Positions 35,944 through 46,254 are shown, numbered from the stretch's first letter. The stretch: 64,000 bases of DNA from a virus (IMGVR_UViG_3300043395_002432:1-64000), one strand, 5' to 3'. Numbers and translations are program-made. Notes: generated from the sequence alone by a model not told the origin.

Positions 35944-36644
35944 GGGATCACCTTCTGGCTCTTCGAGAAGAGGATCGTGAGGGGCTTGGTGAGCTTCAGG
36001 TTCTTCTCCGCGAGGAGCTTCTGGAAGGTCTTGGGGCGATAGCCGGTCTGGTTGGCCAGTGAATCCAAGCTCTCGAGCCACGCGAGGCGCACCTTGAGGT
36101 ACTGCTCGAGCCATACCAGCTCACGCCCGCCGTCACTTGGTGGAGACTCGGGGAAGCGATTCCGCAGCTTCTGCCAATCGACCCCCTGGACGTAGCTGTC
36201 CAGCACCACGGCGAAGGAGAGCGGCTCCACAAGGCCGAGCTTGGTGGCGTAGTTGTACGCGGGAAGCGCGTAGAGCTGGTGAAAGATCGTGTCCTGCGCC
36301 GCTTGCATGACCGGGTCAGAGCCAGCCGCCTCGAGCAGGGCTTTCAGGGCGGTGTTCCCCGAACCCTGATCCTGCTTCAAGATCACGACGTAGCTCTTGA
36401 GCTTCGCCGCGAGGGAACCCCCTCGCGTGATGTACTCCTCCACGATCCGATCCAGGGTGTCGGGTTTATCCGCCGCCTGGAACCAGCCATAGCTCAGCCC
36501 CCCCTTGTCCTTGGGGTGATCCGCAATTCGAGAGAAGCCCCCGGTCGGAGAGCCAGTCTCGAAGCTGCGAATGATCTGAAGGGCAGCAGCGTACCCTGGC
36601 GTCCCAATTGCGTACTGCGAGGGCGCTTGAGATGTCTCAGCCAT
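35940..36644 (-). CDS. GH46/chitosanase-like lysozyme-fold hydrolase
   Basis: FETG...DKGGLSYGWFQ...MQAAQD...YALPA...VVLDSYVQG. Confidence 0.7.
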   Translation of the reverse strand: MAETSQAPSQYAIGTPGYAAALQIIRSFETGSPTGGFSRIADHPKDKGGLSYGWFQAADKPDTLDRIVEEYITRGGSLAAKLKSYVVILKQDQGSGNTALKALLEAAGSDPVMQAAQDTIFHQLYALPAYNYATKLGLVEPLSFAVVLDSYVQGVDWQKLRNRFPESPPSDGGRELVWLEQYLKVRLAWLESLDSLANQTGYRPKTFQKLLAEKNLKLTKPLTILFSKSQKVIP

Positions 36645-36677
36645 GTCGTTTCTCCGTCATGAGTCCCTTAGCCACGA

Positions 36678-36983
36678 TCAACGAGATTCGCCCATTGGGT
36701 AGAGCATGACGTCCACCCACGCCGAGAGATGGTGCCGATCCTCGTCGCTGTAGTCGACCGCGCTCACCAAGAAGATCACCACGTCGCTCGCATGCGCCTC
36801 GATCAGATCGCACAAGTAGTCCTCGGAAGGAATCACCCGCCCCACGGATTCCTCCCACCGCTGTAGCACCAAGTAGATCCCCGGACGCCTGATCCCAAGC
36901 AGCCGAAGGGCGACCTCACCCTCGCGCTGCTGCACCTCCCGAACCTCCTCCCCCCATTCGCCCTGAAAGACCCTCATGGCCAC
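36678..36983 (-). CDS. hypothetical protein
   Basis: ORF in operon. Confidence 0.55.
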   Translation of the reverse strand: MAMRVFQGEWGEEVREVQQREGEVALRLLGIRRPGIYLVLQRWEESVGRVIPSEDYLCDLIEAHASDVVIFLVSAVDYSDEDRHHLSAWVDVMLYPMGESR

Positions 36984-36984
36984 C

Positions 36985-37494
36985 TCACTTGGTGCCGAGC
37001 TTGGAGAGACCTTCGTTCACCTCGGCGTCCAAGCGTAGCAGCGTACTGACCAAGTCGTCAAATTCACCAAAGGACTGAAGGGTCTCCAGCAAATTCGCAT
37101 GCCCCTCAGCTCCAGCAGCGGCAGCCATTCCCGTGTGCGAGCGATTCGACGGCTTGATCGTAGGATCAGCCATGATCCCCTTCAAGACCCGATTCCGAAT
37201 CCCCCCACCACGCGTCCGAGCCTCATTCGCGTCGAGGAGCGCCTCCTGCGAGATCGAATTCGCTTCGGCGGGCTGAAGGTACATCAGCCGCTCCGCACCA
37301 AGTATCTTCTCTACGCGCTCAGCCTGGATCTGCACCCGCGAGAGCATCCCCTGAAGGCTCGAAGCCAACGCCTCAAGCTGCCCCCGAGCGACCTCTCGCT
37401 CCATCGGGGAAGATTCGCGCCACAACCGCTGACGAGCGGCGTTCGCGTCCTCGGAATCCCCGTAGATCGATAGCAATGCAAGAAAGAGCCTCAT
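36985..37494 (-). CDS. hypothetical protein
   Basis: GGAGG RBS before MRLFLA. Confidence 0.65.
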   Translation of the reverse strand: MRLFLALLSIYGDSEDANAARQRLWRESSPMEREVARGQLEALASSLQGMLSRVQIQAERVEKILGAERLMYLQPAEANSISQEALLDANEARTRGGGIRNRVLKGIMADPTIKPSNRSHTGMAAAAGAEGHANLLETLQSFGEFDDLVSTLLRLDAEVNEGLSKLGTK

Positions 37495-37539
37495 TGATCC
37501 CTCCGCTCTAAGCGTATACACCAAGACCCGCCGAACGTG

Positions 37540-38145
37540 TCAAGAAGCAGCCTTGATCCCGAGGGCGTCCCGAGCCTCTCGCGCATGCTCGATCCGCTGA
37601 TTCGTCCCCTCGATCTCCAACGGCGTCACACAGTCACGCAGCGCCTCCAGCGTCGACTTCATCAGGAAGTCGGGAAGCCGCGCCTTCACCACGTTGGTGC
37701 TGATCAGGGTCACACGCCGGTGGAGCATCCGGTGCCGAAGCAGCTCGTCGAAGACTTGCTCGTTGAACCCCTTACCGTCCGCCCGCTCCTTCCCAAGATC
37801 GTCCAGCCCAAGCACCTGAACCGAACGCATGCGCTCGATCATGCTCTCCTGCGCGTCGAACATGGTGCGCTGAAAGATGAAGTCCTTGATCGCCGCACTC
37901 TCCACGAAGAGGGCAGTATGCCGGTGACGACGCGCCTCCTGCAAGGCAGCGCAGACGAACGTCGTCTTGCCGATTCCGTTGTTCCCGCAAAGGAGCAGCC
38001 CGCGCCCCGCCATGACGTGCGACTCGATCTCCCTGAGGTACGCCTGAAGGATCTCAGGAAAGCGCGTCGGATCGATCTCTTTGGGGTAGTATCGGGGCGG
38101 GATCTGCATCCGCTCCATGTCGGACAAGGTGAGGGGGCGTTTCAT
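37540..38145 (-). CDS. DnaC/IstB-like helicase loader ATPase
   Basis: GLLLCGNNGIGKT, VLGLDDLGKE, TLISTN. Confidence 0.88.
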   Translation of the reverse strand: MKRPLTLSDMERMQIPPRYYPKEIDPTRFPEILQAYLREIESHVMAGRGLLLCGNNGIGKTTFVCAALQEARRHRHTALFVESAAIKDFIFQRTMFDAQESMIERMRSVQVLGLDDLGKERADGKGFNEQVFDELLRHRMLHRRVTLISTNVVKARLPDFLMKSTLEALRDCVTPLEIEGTNQRIEHAREARDALGIKAAS

Positions 38146-38216
38146 GGAACCTCCAAGCACCAATATAGGCTCACCCCACAGATAGACAGCCCCCAGCGCA
38201 CCTCTTGACGGAGGCT

Positions 38217-38630
38217 TTACTGCACCACCGCCATGAGATCCAACACCGCCTCGGCCTGCGCGAGACTCGGCAACTTCGCACCAAAGTCCAGCTCAAGCCC
38301 CGTCGTGACGTAGACCGGCTGCATCCCAGGACGCTTGCACACCAAGAGGTACTTCTTCGACCCGGCAGCACGGCTCCAGCCGGTGGGATATCCCCGATTC
38401 GGATACGATCCGGGCGCGGGCGTCCCGTCCCAATCCTGATCCTTCAGGTAGGCCGAGATCGTCGGGTTGAACGCCCGAAGGAAGTCCCCCGGCTTCTCAA
38501 GCTCCTTCGCAGAGAAGAGGGTCATGGCCTCGTTCTGGGCGTAGAGGTTGAAGGCATCCTCTGCCCAGAACGGCACCTCCATCGGCTCGGACTCACTTCC
38601 CTCGTTGAGCGCGTCAATCAGTGTTCGCAT
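38217..38630 (-). CDS. hypothetical protein
   Basis: 137 aa with RBS. Confidence 0.65.
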   Translation of the reverse strand: MRTLIDALNEGSESEPMEVPFWAEDAFNLYAQNEAMTLFSAKELEKPGDFLRAFNPTISAYLKDQDWDGTPAPGSYPNRGYPTGWSRAAGSKKYLLVCKRPGMQPVYVTTGLELDFGAKLPSLAQAEAVLDLMAVVQ

Positions 38631-38671
38631 GGGGTCTCCCTCTCCTGGGGTAACCCCTACGAAGGCTTAGA

Positions 38672-39262
38672 TCAAAAATCATCCATGTTGAATTTGCCCG
38701 AATCGAACTCCCGCTCCTTCAGGTGCTTCTTTCCGGCGGGGACTTGGGCGTCCGCTTGCTGCGAGAGCATCTTGGTGAACCGCTCGGCAGGATTCGTCTT
38801 GTCGAGGAAGTCCTGAAGCAGCGTCGTCCGCTCCCGCACCAAGACCGGGAGCCTCGGCAGCCCCATTGGGAACTGCGCCCGAAGCTGGAGCGCGTAGACC
38901 TCGTACAGCTCAATGGCTCGAGCCATGACCGGGCCGCTGTTGTGGGCGCAAGTCAGAACGAAGCTCCGCAACACTCCCCAATCCAGAGGCTGCGCCACGA
39001 ACTTGCCTTCGGGGAGGAGGTGTCCGTACTTGCGTTCCACCCCGTCCTTGTAGGCTTGGTACGCCTCGATCCGCCACTGCTTGCGTAGCGCCTCAATGTC
39101 CGTCACCCGCTCCTTGGTGCGCTCCTTGGGCGGAGGGACACGATCCTCGAACAATGCCTGAGCCTTCCGCTCTGCTCGCTTCTCCTCCGTCCTCCGCTTA
39201 GACTCCTCCCCTCGCTCAATAGCACTCTCTACGCGAAACCGAAGCAGCTTCATGTCGCTCAC
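38672..39262 (-). CDS. hypothetical protein
   Basis: 196-aa ORF. Confidence 0.6.
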   Translation of the reverse strand: MSDMKLLRFRVESAIERGEESKRRTEEKRAERKAQALFEDRVPPPKERTKERVTDIEALRKQWRIEAYQAYKDGVERKYGHLLPEGKFVAQPLDWGVLRSFVLTCAHNSGPVMARAIELYEVYALQLRAQFPMGLPRLPVLVRERTTLLQDFLDKTNPAERFTKMLSQQADAQVPAGKKHLKEREFDSGKFNMDDF

Positions 39263-39292
39263 CCGTTCCTCCGCATTCGAATTCGTCTTAGC

Positions 39293-39805
39293 CTACCGGG
39301 CCGTCTTGAGCGTAGGACGACCGCCACTCGGCGTCGTCGAGATCAGCTTGGTCTGAATGAAGAGATCGAACTCCGCCCTAAGGTCGACCTCCGAGATCAG
39401 GATGTCTCCGCCCATGTACGCTGGGCAGATCCACGCCCCCACCTCGGCATTCCAGACCCACTCCTGCCCCTGGAGGAGCTTGCGCGCTGCCGTCATGAGG
39501 AGCGCCATTCGCTTCGCCTTCGCGTCCGTCCCCCGGTGGGCCTCTACGTCCCCCGTGAATTGCAGGACGAACATGGAATTGAGCCGCAACCGCTCGATCA
39601 GATCCGGGTAGATCTGCTCGCAGGTTCGCACCAAGGCGATGAAGATCGCCATGCCGCTGACTTGCGACACCACGCTCAGCGAAGGCTTGTACGCCTCCAC
39701 CACCAAGCCACAGCCCAGGTCGACCCGTGTGACCTGCTGCGCGTGGGCATTGATCGTGTCCGCCAACGAGACCAATCCCCCACCGAACGTATCCATGAAC
39801 GACAT
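39293..39805 (-). CDS. hypothetical protein
   Basis: 170-aa ORF, high GC3. Confidence 0.65.
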   Translation of the reverse strand: MSFMDTFGGGLVSLADTINAHAQQVTRVDLGCGLVVEAYKPSLSVVSQVSGMAIFIALVRTCEQIYPDLIERLRLNSMFVLQFTGDVEAHRGTDAKAKRMALLMTAARKLLQGQEWVWNAEVGAWICPAYMGGDILISEVDLRAEFDLFIQTKLISTTPSGGRPTLKTAR

Positions 39806-39894
39806 CAGAAGCCCTCGTCCACAAGGATACCCACCCACCCCGAATGGATCGCTAAGAACCTGCTAAGGCGGAGGCGACGACGAATTCGAATTCG

Positions 39895-40272
39895 TCAGAT
39901 CCCGAAGGGAGACTTCGTCGGCAACGCCCCTCGCGCCTCCTCCTCGGCTCGCTTCCGCTCCTCGCGCTTCCGCTCCTGCCGCACCTGACTGATCCGAATC
40001 GCCAGCTCGTTCTCCTTCCGCTTCAGCCCCCGCTCCTCCAAGAAGATCGTCGTGCGCGCCTTCTCCCGCATGCGGTAAAGCTCCTGCACCAAGTCTGACT
40101 TCGCTTGGTGCATCTTTCGCAGCTTGATCATCTCCTCCGTCGTCAGCTCGCGCCCTTTGCGAGCGTCAGACATCTCCTTGACGAACGCTCGCTGCTTGGC
40201 CGAGAGCTTGACCGCCAGCAAGTCACTGATCACGACGAGCATGCTCAGATCGTTATCGTCGAATGCGAACAT
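39895..40272 (-). CDS. hypothetical coiled-coil protein
   Basis: GGAG RBS, charged helix. Confidence 0.6.
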   Translation of the reverse strand: MFAFDDNDLSMLVVISDLLAVKLSAKQRAFVKEMSDARKGRELTTEEMIKLRKMHQAKSDLVQELYRMREKARTTIFLEERGLKRKENELAIRISQVRQERKREERKRAEEEARGALPTKSPFGI

Positions 40273-40274
40273 GG

Positions 40275-40526
40275 CTACTCCAGAAAGGGGACGAAGGGGG
40301 CGGCATGCAAAGCCTCGATCCGCATGTCGTCTATCGACATTTCCGTCGTGACCGGACTCGCCAGATCCTGTATCTCCCAATCCCCCGAAGCCTCTACTGC
40401 CCTGGCTCCGTTCAGGAAGGCATCTGGATCGAGCATGCCGATCTGCTTCAGCACCGCTGGGACGTCAGCCGGATCGCATTCAAGCACATGCACGGCGACG
40501 AATTTCAGCCTCACCTCTGTGGGCAT
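40275..40526 (-). CDS. hypothetical protein
   Basis: GAGGAGG RBS. Confidence 0.6.
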   Translation of the reverse strand: MPTEVRLKFVAVHVLECDPADVPAVLKQIGMLDPDAFLNGARAVEASGDWEIQDLASPVTTEMSIDDMRIEALHAAPFVPFLE

Positions 40527-40575
40527 AGAAAACCCTCCTCTTGGGAGAGTAACCCCAAGAGGAGGGTGGCGTTGC

Positions 40576-41475
40576 TTAGAGAAGGTCGGCCAGGGCCGAC
40601 TCCAGCCCCAAGACCTCCAAGAGATGCCGCCGTTCCGTCACTGAAGCCCCCGCCTCCGTGTCGAGGTTCCGCATGATCGACTTCCGCACGGCGTCGAGCG
40701 CGGCAGGATCGCGCCGCAGGAGGTGCGCCATGTCCTTCAGCACCTCATGCTCCATGCGAGAGAGACGAACCGCCTGCCGAATGTAGTCCTCGAACGCCTC
40801 CGCCAGGATCGGGAAAAGCACCTTGAAGTGCTTGTACATCTCCTCGGCAAGCTCGCGGATCTCTACCTGCGCGTCGTGAGCGAGACGCAAGCGAAGGAAG
40901 TTCATGAGGTTCCAAGTGTCCATCGTGAAGTGGTACACCGTAGAGGAATCGAGCGAGAGCGCCTGCCGTGCCTGCTCCCGAGCCGCTCCCGCGTCGACCA
41001 TGTCGTGGTAGAGTTCCAGCCCGTTGGTGGAATGCTCGAGGAGACGACGGAGGAATTCGTTGCTCACCTCGGCGTCCACCAAGCCCTCGCTCATCTGGCG
41101 GTTCAGGGCGCTCTGCTTGCGGAGGGGGTACGACTTGATCCGCACAGGGAAGCCGTCAGCCGACGCCTCCCCCTTAGGCCGCTTGGTGTACCGGTCGCTA
41201 CGCACGGAGAGGCTCTGCGTCCGGTGCCGCACATGCTGCCGCTCTACCATGACGCTCGTCACGACCTGAAAGTGCATCTGGCCGAACTCGAGCGGCGACG
41301 TGTGCATGTCGCGCACCAAGCGCCGAAGGAGCGCCCGATCCGACGATGCCTTCTTCACTGAAGCCAAGCCCCCTACGGAGTTACGCGCCACTTCCGCCAG
41401 AAGGGCGTCCGTCCCGTAGTGTCCCACCAAGCGAATGGAGCTTCCGTTGGGAAGCGTTACCCAGGTCTCATTCAT
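40576..41475 (-). CDS. thyX: flavin-dependent thymidylate synthase
   Basis: HTSPLEF, RQHVRHRTQSLSVRSDRY, AREQAR, NFLRLRL..DAQ.EIR. Confidence 0.93.
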   Translation of the reverse strand: MNETWVTLPNGSSIRLVGHYGTDALLAEVARNSVGGLASVKKASSDRALLRRLVRDMHTSPLEFGQMHFQVVTSVMVERQHVRHRTQSLSVRSDRYTKRPKGEASADGFPVRIKSYPLRKQSALNRQMSEGLVDAEVSNEFLRRLLEHSTNGLELYHDMVDAGAAREQARQALSLDSSTVYHFTMDTWNLMNFLRLRLAHDAQVEIRELAEEMYKHFKVLFPILAEAFEDYIRQAVRLSRMEHEVLKDMAHLLRRDPAALDAVRKSIMRNLDTEAGASVTERRHLLEVLGLESALADLL

Positions 41476-42007
41476 GCTGTCTCCTTGCCTCTTCGAATTG
41501 ATCCCACTTGAAGCGACTCCTCGCCGGAACGAGAAGACCGATCTCGCGTGAGGAGATCGGAATTCGAATTCGTTCATTCACCAAGAGCCACTCGTCCTCT
41601 CTAACCAAGGTGCCTCTGACCTCGAAGGAGTCCATCACACGGTATTCCTCTCCCACCAAGAGGAAGCCTCCGAGCGGCCCCTGCATGTCAAGGACTCTCG
41701 CCGCCGAGATGCCGACGTCGAGGTGTGCGCTCACCAAGAATGCCCGGTGGAGTGCCTCCTCCGCTCGCTCGAGCGTGATCCGGGTCGACACCGGGATCGG
41801 CTCAGGTATCCCGTCCGAGAGTCGCCACACGTCCCGCCGCTCCCCCTCTCCACCAAAGGCCGGAAGGATGGAGATCGTCTCCATCCCCTCCCGCAAGAGG
41901 CGCGGATACACCAAGACCTCTACCTCCCCAAGAGAAGCCGAGATCCGATACCACCAGCCCCGCTGAATACTGCAATGCCAAGAGGCGCGACGCACGAAAG
42001 CCCCCAT
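41468..42007 (-). CDS. hypothetical protein
   Basis: 179-aa ORF overlapping thyX start. Confidence 0.55.
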   Translation of the reverse strand: MGAFVRRASWHCSIQRGWWYRISASLGEVEVLVYPRLLREGMETISILPAFGGEGERRDVWRLSDGIPEPIPVSTRITLERAEEALHRAFLVSAHLDVGISAARVLDMQGPLGGFLLVGEEYRVMDSFEVRGTLVREDEWLLVNERIRIPISSREIGLLVPARSRFKWDQFEEARRQHE

Positions 42008-42038
42008 TCCTGGGGGCTTCTAACACGCCGAGGGCGGG

Positions 42039-42482
42039 CTACGAGTAGCGAGAGCAGACGAGCTGGATGCGACCGTCAGGCAGCACGGTCTTCTCGACCC
42101 CGTACCCCTCCGCAATCGCGGACTCCATCGTCAGCTCCTCGGCGTAGGTCGCGAGGGTCTGACGAAGCCAGTCCGTGTTATGGAACGCCCCGTCATGGTC
42201 GGGGACGTGCGGCACCCAGTGGGTGACCCCGTCCGTCACGACCCGCTCGAAGCCGACGTCGTTGTAGCCCCCAGGCGACGTCACCACGACACCCCTCCCA
42301 TGCTGCGACCCAGCCAGCACCAAGTGGGCGCGCTGCGTCTCATGGCGGTAGCCCTTGAGGTTCGTGCCGTTCTCAAAATAGAGCAGATCCTGCTCGCGGA
42401 TCTTGAGCGTTGCGGCGAGCGCCTTCTTCAGCAGGCGCAGGTTCGTGATCTGGGGACACTTGATAGGGGTGTAGGCTGACAT
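42039..42482 (-). CDS. DUF1257 / Ycf35-like protein
   Basis: MSAYTPIK..I.NLRLLKKAL, LKGYR...RAHL, DVGF, L..YA....AIAEGY. Confidence 0.75.
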   Translation of the reverse strand: MSAYTPIKCPQITNLRLLKKALAATLKIREQDLLYFENGTNLKGYRHETQRAHLVLAGSQHGRGVVVTSPGGYNDVGFERVVTDGVTHWVPHVPDHDGAFHNTDWLRQTLATYAEELTMESAIAEGYGVEKTVLPDGRIQLVCSRYS

Positions 42483-42510
42483 TTGAACTCCTGAGGTGAG
42501 GTTGGGAAGA

Positions 42511-42762
42511 TCAGCGACCCGCGCCGACCATGCCGAGGATGATCGACTCCTGCTCGTCGTCCTTCTGCTCGACGGCGACGCCTCGGGGCAGAAGCCCACC
42601 AATGACGCCCTCGACGAGCGCCACGCAGCCAGCACCACCGGGGCCACCAGCGGTGACCTCGGCGCTCACAGCGATCTTCTGCGGGCCACCCTTGAGGTCG
42701 TTCTTGTAGCGGCTCCCGATCTCGAAAGCCGAGGGATCGATGATCACGGTCACTTGTTGCAT
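42511..42762 (-). CDS. DUF2997-like protein
   Basis: EVTAGGPGGAGCVAL; synteny with DUF1257/Ycf46. Confidence 0.5.
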   Translation of the reverse strand: MQQVTVIIDPSAFEIGSRYKNDLKGGPQKIAVSAEVTAGGPGGAGCVALVEGVIGGLLPRGVAVEQKDDEQESIILGMVGAGR

Positions 42763-42763
42763 T

Positions 42764-43339
42764 TTACACTCCTTGTCGTGAGAACATATTCAGCATTCTC
42801 TGGGAAGGGAACCCCAGAAATGTCACGGAACCGTCCGGGGCGATCTGGATCTCCGTCCCCCGCTGAGCGAAGTCGAATTCGCTGAAGCGGTTAGTGAGGT
42901 GGTGAAATTGCTGGTTGGCGGAACCAGCCATGCGGACGGTCTCTGGCTGACGCAGGTCGAACGGCCCGTCGATCAGCGTGTCCACCAAGCCCTCCCCCTC
43001 GATCTGGCACCAAAGGGGGCGCTTGAGGAGGAAGGATCGCGTGCGGCCCGAGTAGAGAATGACGCTCTCCACTCGGGGGCGAGCCACGCGCAGGAACTCG
43101 AGCAGCTCAGGGAGCTGATCTGTGGGTTCCCCCCCCGAGATCGTGAGGTGCGTGCTGACGCTCAGCACCTCACGAACGAGCGCCTCAGGGGTGAAGTGTC
43201 GCACCAACACCCCAGCGGGGCTGTGGGTGTGGGGATTGAAGCACCCTGGGCAGCCAATGCTGCACCCCGCCGTGTGCAGGACAGCTCGCAGCCCAGGGCC
43301 GTCGACTCTCGACGGTACGATCTCTCCGTAGATCCTCAC
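42764..43339 (-). CDS. radical SAM, NrdG-like activase
   Basis: VDGPGLR, CSIGCPGCFN, ISGGEP, DTLIDGPF, GSANQ. Confidence 0.85.
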   Translation of the reverse strand: MRIYGEIVPSRVDGPGLRAVLHTAGCSIGCPGCFNPHTHSPAGVLVRHFTPEALVREVLSVSTHLTISGGEPTDQLPELLEFLRVARPRVESVILYSGRTRSFLLKRPLWCQIEGEGLVDTLIDGPFDLRQPETVRMAGSANQQFHHLTNRFSEFDFAQRGTEIQIAPDGSVTFLGFPSQRMLNMFSRQGV

Positions 43340-43408
43340 CCTACCTCCAGCCCCTCTAAGATAGGCACCGACGCGGGTTTGTCCGCGCCTTGACACGATC
43401 CTGACAAT

Positions 43409-45211
43409 TCAGGCGTCGAAGTCGTCGCTCTGATACGAGATCAGGGGAGAGAGCGGCGCGGGCGAAGGCTTCACAACCTCCAGCGAGCGAGCCAGACGCG
43501 CCCGATCCCGACCGAACGCCTGCATTGCCTTGATCTGATCGCCCATAGTCTTCGAGAGCGGGCGTGTCGCGTTGGCCGCTTGTGTTAGATCCGCCACCGT
43601 CAGATCCCGCATGCCGTCGTCAAAGGCGATCAGCACGGCTTCCTGCACCACGCCCTCGATCTCAGCACCAGAGAAGCCCTCGGTCGCCTCGAGGATCTGC
43701 CCCACCGAATTCGAATTCGTGATCGCGTCAGGATTGCGTCCCGTCTTCCGAATGTGAATCCCGAGGATCTCCTTTCGCTCGTCCGCGTTAGGGAGGTCGA
43801 CGAAGAAGATCTCGTCGAAGCGCCCCTTTCGCAGCAGCTCAGGCGGGAGCTTGCTGATATCGTTCGCCGTCGCCATGACGAACACAGGATCGCGCTTGTC
43901 ATTCATCCATGACAGGATCGTCCCCATTACACGCGACATCGTCCCGCCGTCCGACGACCCGCTGGAGGCGGCACCGCTCAGCCCCTTCTCGATCTCGTCG
44001 AGCCAGAGAACGCAAGGGGAAAGCTTCTCAGCGAGAGCCAGGGTCTTGCGGGTGTTTTCCTCGGAAGCCCCCACAAGCCCAGCGAAAAGCTGGCCCATGT
44101 CGAGGCGGAGACACGGCACCTCGAGGAGCGACGCGACGGCTGCGACGGAGGCGCTCTTGCCCGTTCCCGGTACACCAAGCATCAGCACCCCCTTCGGAGC
44201 CTTTACGCCGAACTTGAGCGCCTCGGGCGAGAACGCACGCTTTCTGATCCCGATCCACCGCTTGAATTCCCCCATGCCCCCGATCTCGGCCATCGGCTTC
44301 GGCGGGTAGAATGTGAGCATTCCGCCCTTCGAGATGGACTCGACCTTCGCCTTCGTGACCTCCGCGATCAGCTCCTTTGAGGGGTCTTCCGTCGCATTGC
44401 GGATCGCAATGCTGACGAAGTTCCGCATCTCCACAAGGGAGAGACCCTTGCATGCCGTCACCAATGCCGCGAGCTTGTCGGGTGCCTCGTAGGGAATGAC
44501 GACCGGGGACGTCGCCTTCGACTGGCGAAGGAGGCTGCTAAGCTGCTTGCGAAGCTCATCTGCCCCCGGCGTCCCAGGCTGAATGCGGAGCGCGTCAATG
44601 TCCAGCCCAGGGATTGACGCCTGCGTCTTAGCGTCGAGGAAGATCAGCGTCAGCCCCTGCGCCCGAAGCCGGAAGGTGAGGTCGCGCAATGCCCGCGCCT
44701 CTACCGCATGCTCCGCGACGTATCGCCAAGCGTCGAGAAACACGATCCATGGCATGCTGTTCTTGCCATAGCCCCGGAAGTCGAAAACGTCCCCGCTGGG
44801 CGACTCCTTCTCCTTGAGCGGCCCCTTGCTGATCAGGTTCGTCAGCGCGACGTCAATGTGGCCGAGGGCAGCCGCCAACTGGCGGATCGGCGCGTTGTTG
44901 AACAGCGCCGGGTTTTTGTACTGAACGACACGCTTGGTGGCGTCCGATTCCGAGATGCTCTCGGCCTTCATGATCGAGTGAGCCTCCACGGCGATCTCCG
45001 CATAGCTCCTCGCCTGCTGGAAGCCTTTGGTGGCAGTCCAGATCCAGAAGTCACGCCCCGTACCGAGGGCGGCGAGGCGGAGATCGCTGAGGTAGCGCAC
45101 CTCCTCTCGGGTCTCGACGCACACCATGCCGACGCGTGAGGCGAGGACAGCCTCGAGGTCGGCGGGAAGGAATCGAACCGGCGCATTAGGCTCGGCTTGC
45201 TGAATGCTCAT
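43409..45211 (-). CDS. Ycf46-like AAA+ ATPase
   Basis: GVPGTGKS, LDMGQLF..LVGASE, LWLDEIEK, LPPELLRKGRFDEIFFVDLP. Confidence 0.9.
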   Translation of the reverse strand: MSIQQAEPNAPVRFLPADLEAVLASRVGMVCVETREEVRYLSDLRLAALGTGRDFWIWTATKGFQQARSYAEIAVEAHSIMKAESISESDATKRVVQYKNPALFNNAPIRQLAAALGHIDVALTNLISKGPLKEKESPSGDVFDFRGYGKNSMPWIVFLDAWRYVAEHAVEARALRDLTFRLRAQGLTLIFLDAKTQASIPGLDIDALRIQPGTPGADELRKQLSSLLRQSKATSPVVIPYEAPDKLAALVTACKGLSLVEMRNFVSIAIRNATEDPSKELIAEVTKAKVESISKGGMLTFYPPKPMAEIGGMGEFKRWIGIRKRAFSPEALKFGVKAPKGVLMLGVPGTGKSASVAAVASLLEVPCLRLDMGQLFAGLVGASEENTRKTLALAEKLSPCVLWLDEIEKGLSGAASSGSSDGGTMSRVMGTILSWMNDKRDPVFVMATANDISKLPPELLRKGRFDEIFFVDLPNADERKEILGIHIRKTGRNPDAITNSNSVGQILEATEGFSGAEIEGVVQEAVLIAFDDGMRDLTVADLTQAANATRPLSKTMGDQIKAMQAFGRDRARLARSLEVVKPSPAPLSPLISYQSDDFDA

Positions 45212-45289
45212 TTGAATGCTCCGTCGCTGAAGTTAGGATCAGCCCCGACCATTCGTCGCTAAGAACGTGTCAAGGCGAAGTCGAATTCG

Positions 45290-45835
45290 TCAGATCTCTC
45301 CCAGGGGACGCTCCCCCGAGATTGGCTGCCAGTCACCAAGATCGAGGGTCTCCTCCGTGAGCGCGGGAAGGACGACCTGGGGGCGTGCCTCCTCGACCAC
45401 CAAGACCTCGTCGTCCCCGGACTCCACTTGGTGCGGTATCGCGGCGTCGAAGCCGATCTGCTCCTCTTGGGGGGTGCGCGCTCGAGCGATCCGCAGCTTG
45501 GTGGCTTGGTTCTCATTCCGCTGCGCGACTCGCTCCCGCTCCCGCAACGCGAGCAGCTTGGGGATCGCCAGTGAAGCCCCTGGAGCGATCTGGTAGCCAC
45601 ACGCGCACCGGTACGACGCACGAAGCGCCTTCAGGACGCTCCGCTCAGCCTCCGTTAGATCCACGCGGGCCAGGGCGACCTTGCAACGAGGACACGAGGG
45701 GGCGTCCCGACGCGGCTCGAGGGCAGGGATCTGCATTAGGCCCGACATGGGCCGCAGCGGCTGCTCTGCCACACCAGCCCGAGAAGGCGCAGTGGTCGCA
45801 GGAAGCGGATCGTCTTTAGCTACCCTGAACGCCAT
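45290..45835 (-). CDS. zinc-ribbon hypothetical protein
   Basis: CPRC...CACG. Confidence 0.6.
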   Translation of the reverse strand: MAFRVAKDDPLPATTAPSRAGVAEQPLRPMSGLMQIPALEPRRDAPSCPRCKVALARVDLTEAERSVLKALRASYRCACGYQIAPGASLAIPKLLALRERERVAQRNENQATKLRIARARTPQEEQIGFDAAIPHQVESGDDEVLVVEEARPQVVLPALTEETLDLGDWQPISGERPLGEI

Positions 45836-46184
45836 TCGGCACCTCCGCAGCCGCCGCCGAGACCTCGACCTCGGCTGGGCCGACGTACCGCTGGAGGACA
45901 GCGGCCACGTGCTTGCACGGGCCAGACGTCTGCCCATGATCGGCGCAGGTACACTGGAAGAACGGCACCTTGAGGTCGATCAAGACCTCGTAGTGAGAGA
46001 CGTCCCACTTCGAGTGAGACTCGACTCGCGCCTGAATGACGCGGCACTTCCGCGCCGTCGCCCTCATGACGTTGAGCTTCTTGGCCCGGTTCAGCCGAGC
46101 CTGATCCGCCTGCCCGAGCAGGTTCCTCGCGCTGACCTTGGACTCCTCCAGGGTCAGCCCCTTCTCCTCGATGTCCGTGTTCAT
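45816..46184 (-). CDS. SWIM zinc-finger protein
   Basis: CTCADH...PCKHVAAV. Confidence 0.85.
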   Translation of the reverse strand: MNTDIEEKGLTLEESKVSARNLLGQADQARLNRAKKLNVMRATARKCRVIQARVESHSKWDVSHYEVLIDLKVPFFQCTCADHGQTSGPCKHVAAVLQRYVGPAEVEVSAAAAEVPNGVQGS

Positions 46185-46254
46185 GCCCCCAAGATAGGGA
46201 CGAGCGCCGAGAGGAGGAGGGGGTCTCGGGGGGCTTAGCATGTTCTTGACACAA

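Noticed and set aside
37540-38145. IS21 transposon (IstB)
   Set aside because: No IstA transposase or terminal inverted repeats; context favours a phage helicase loader.
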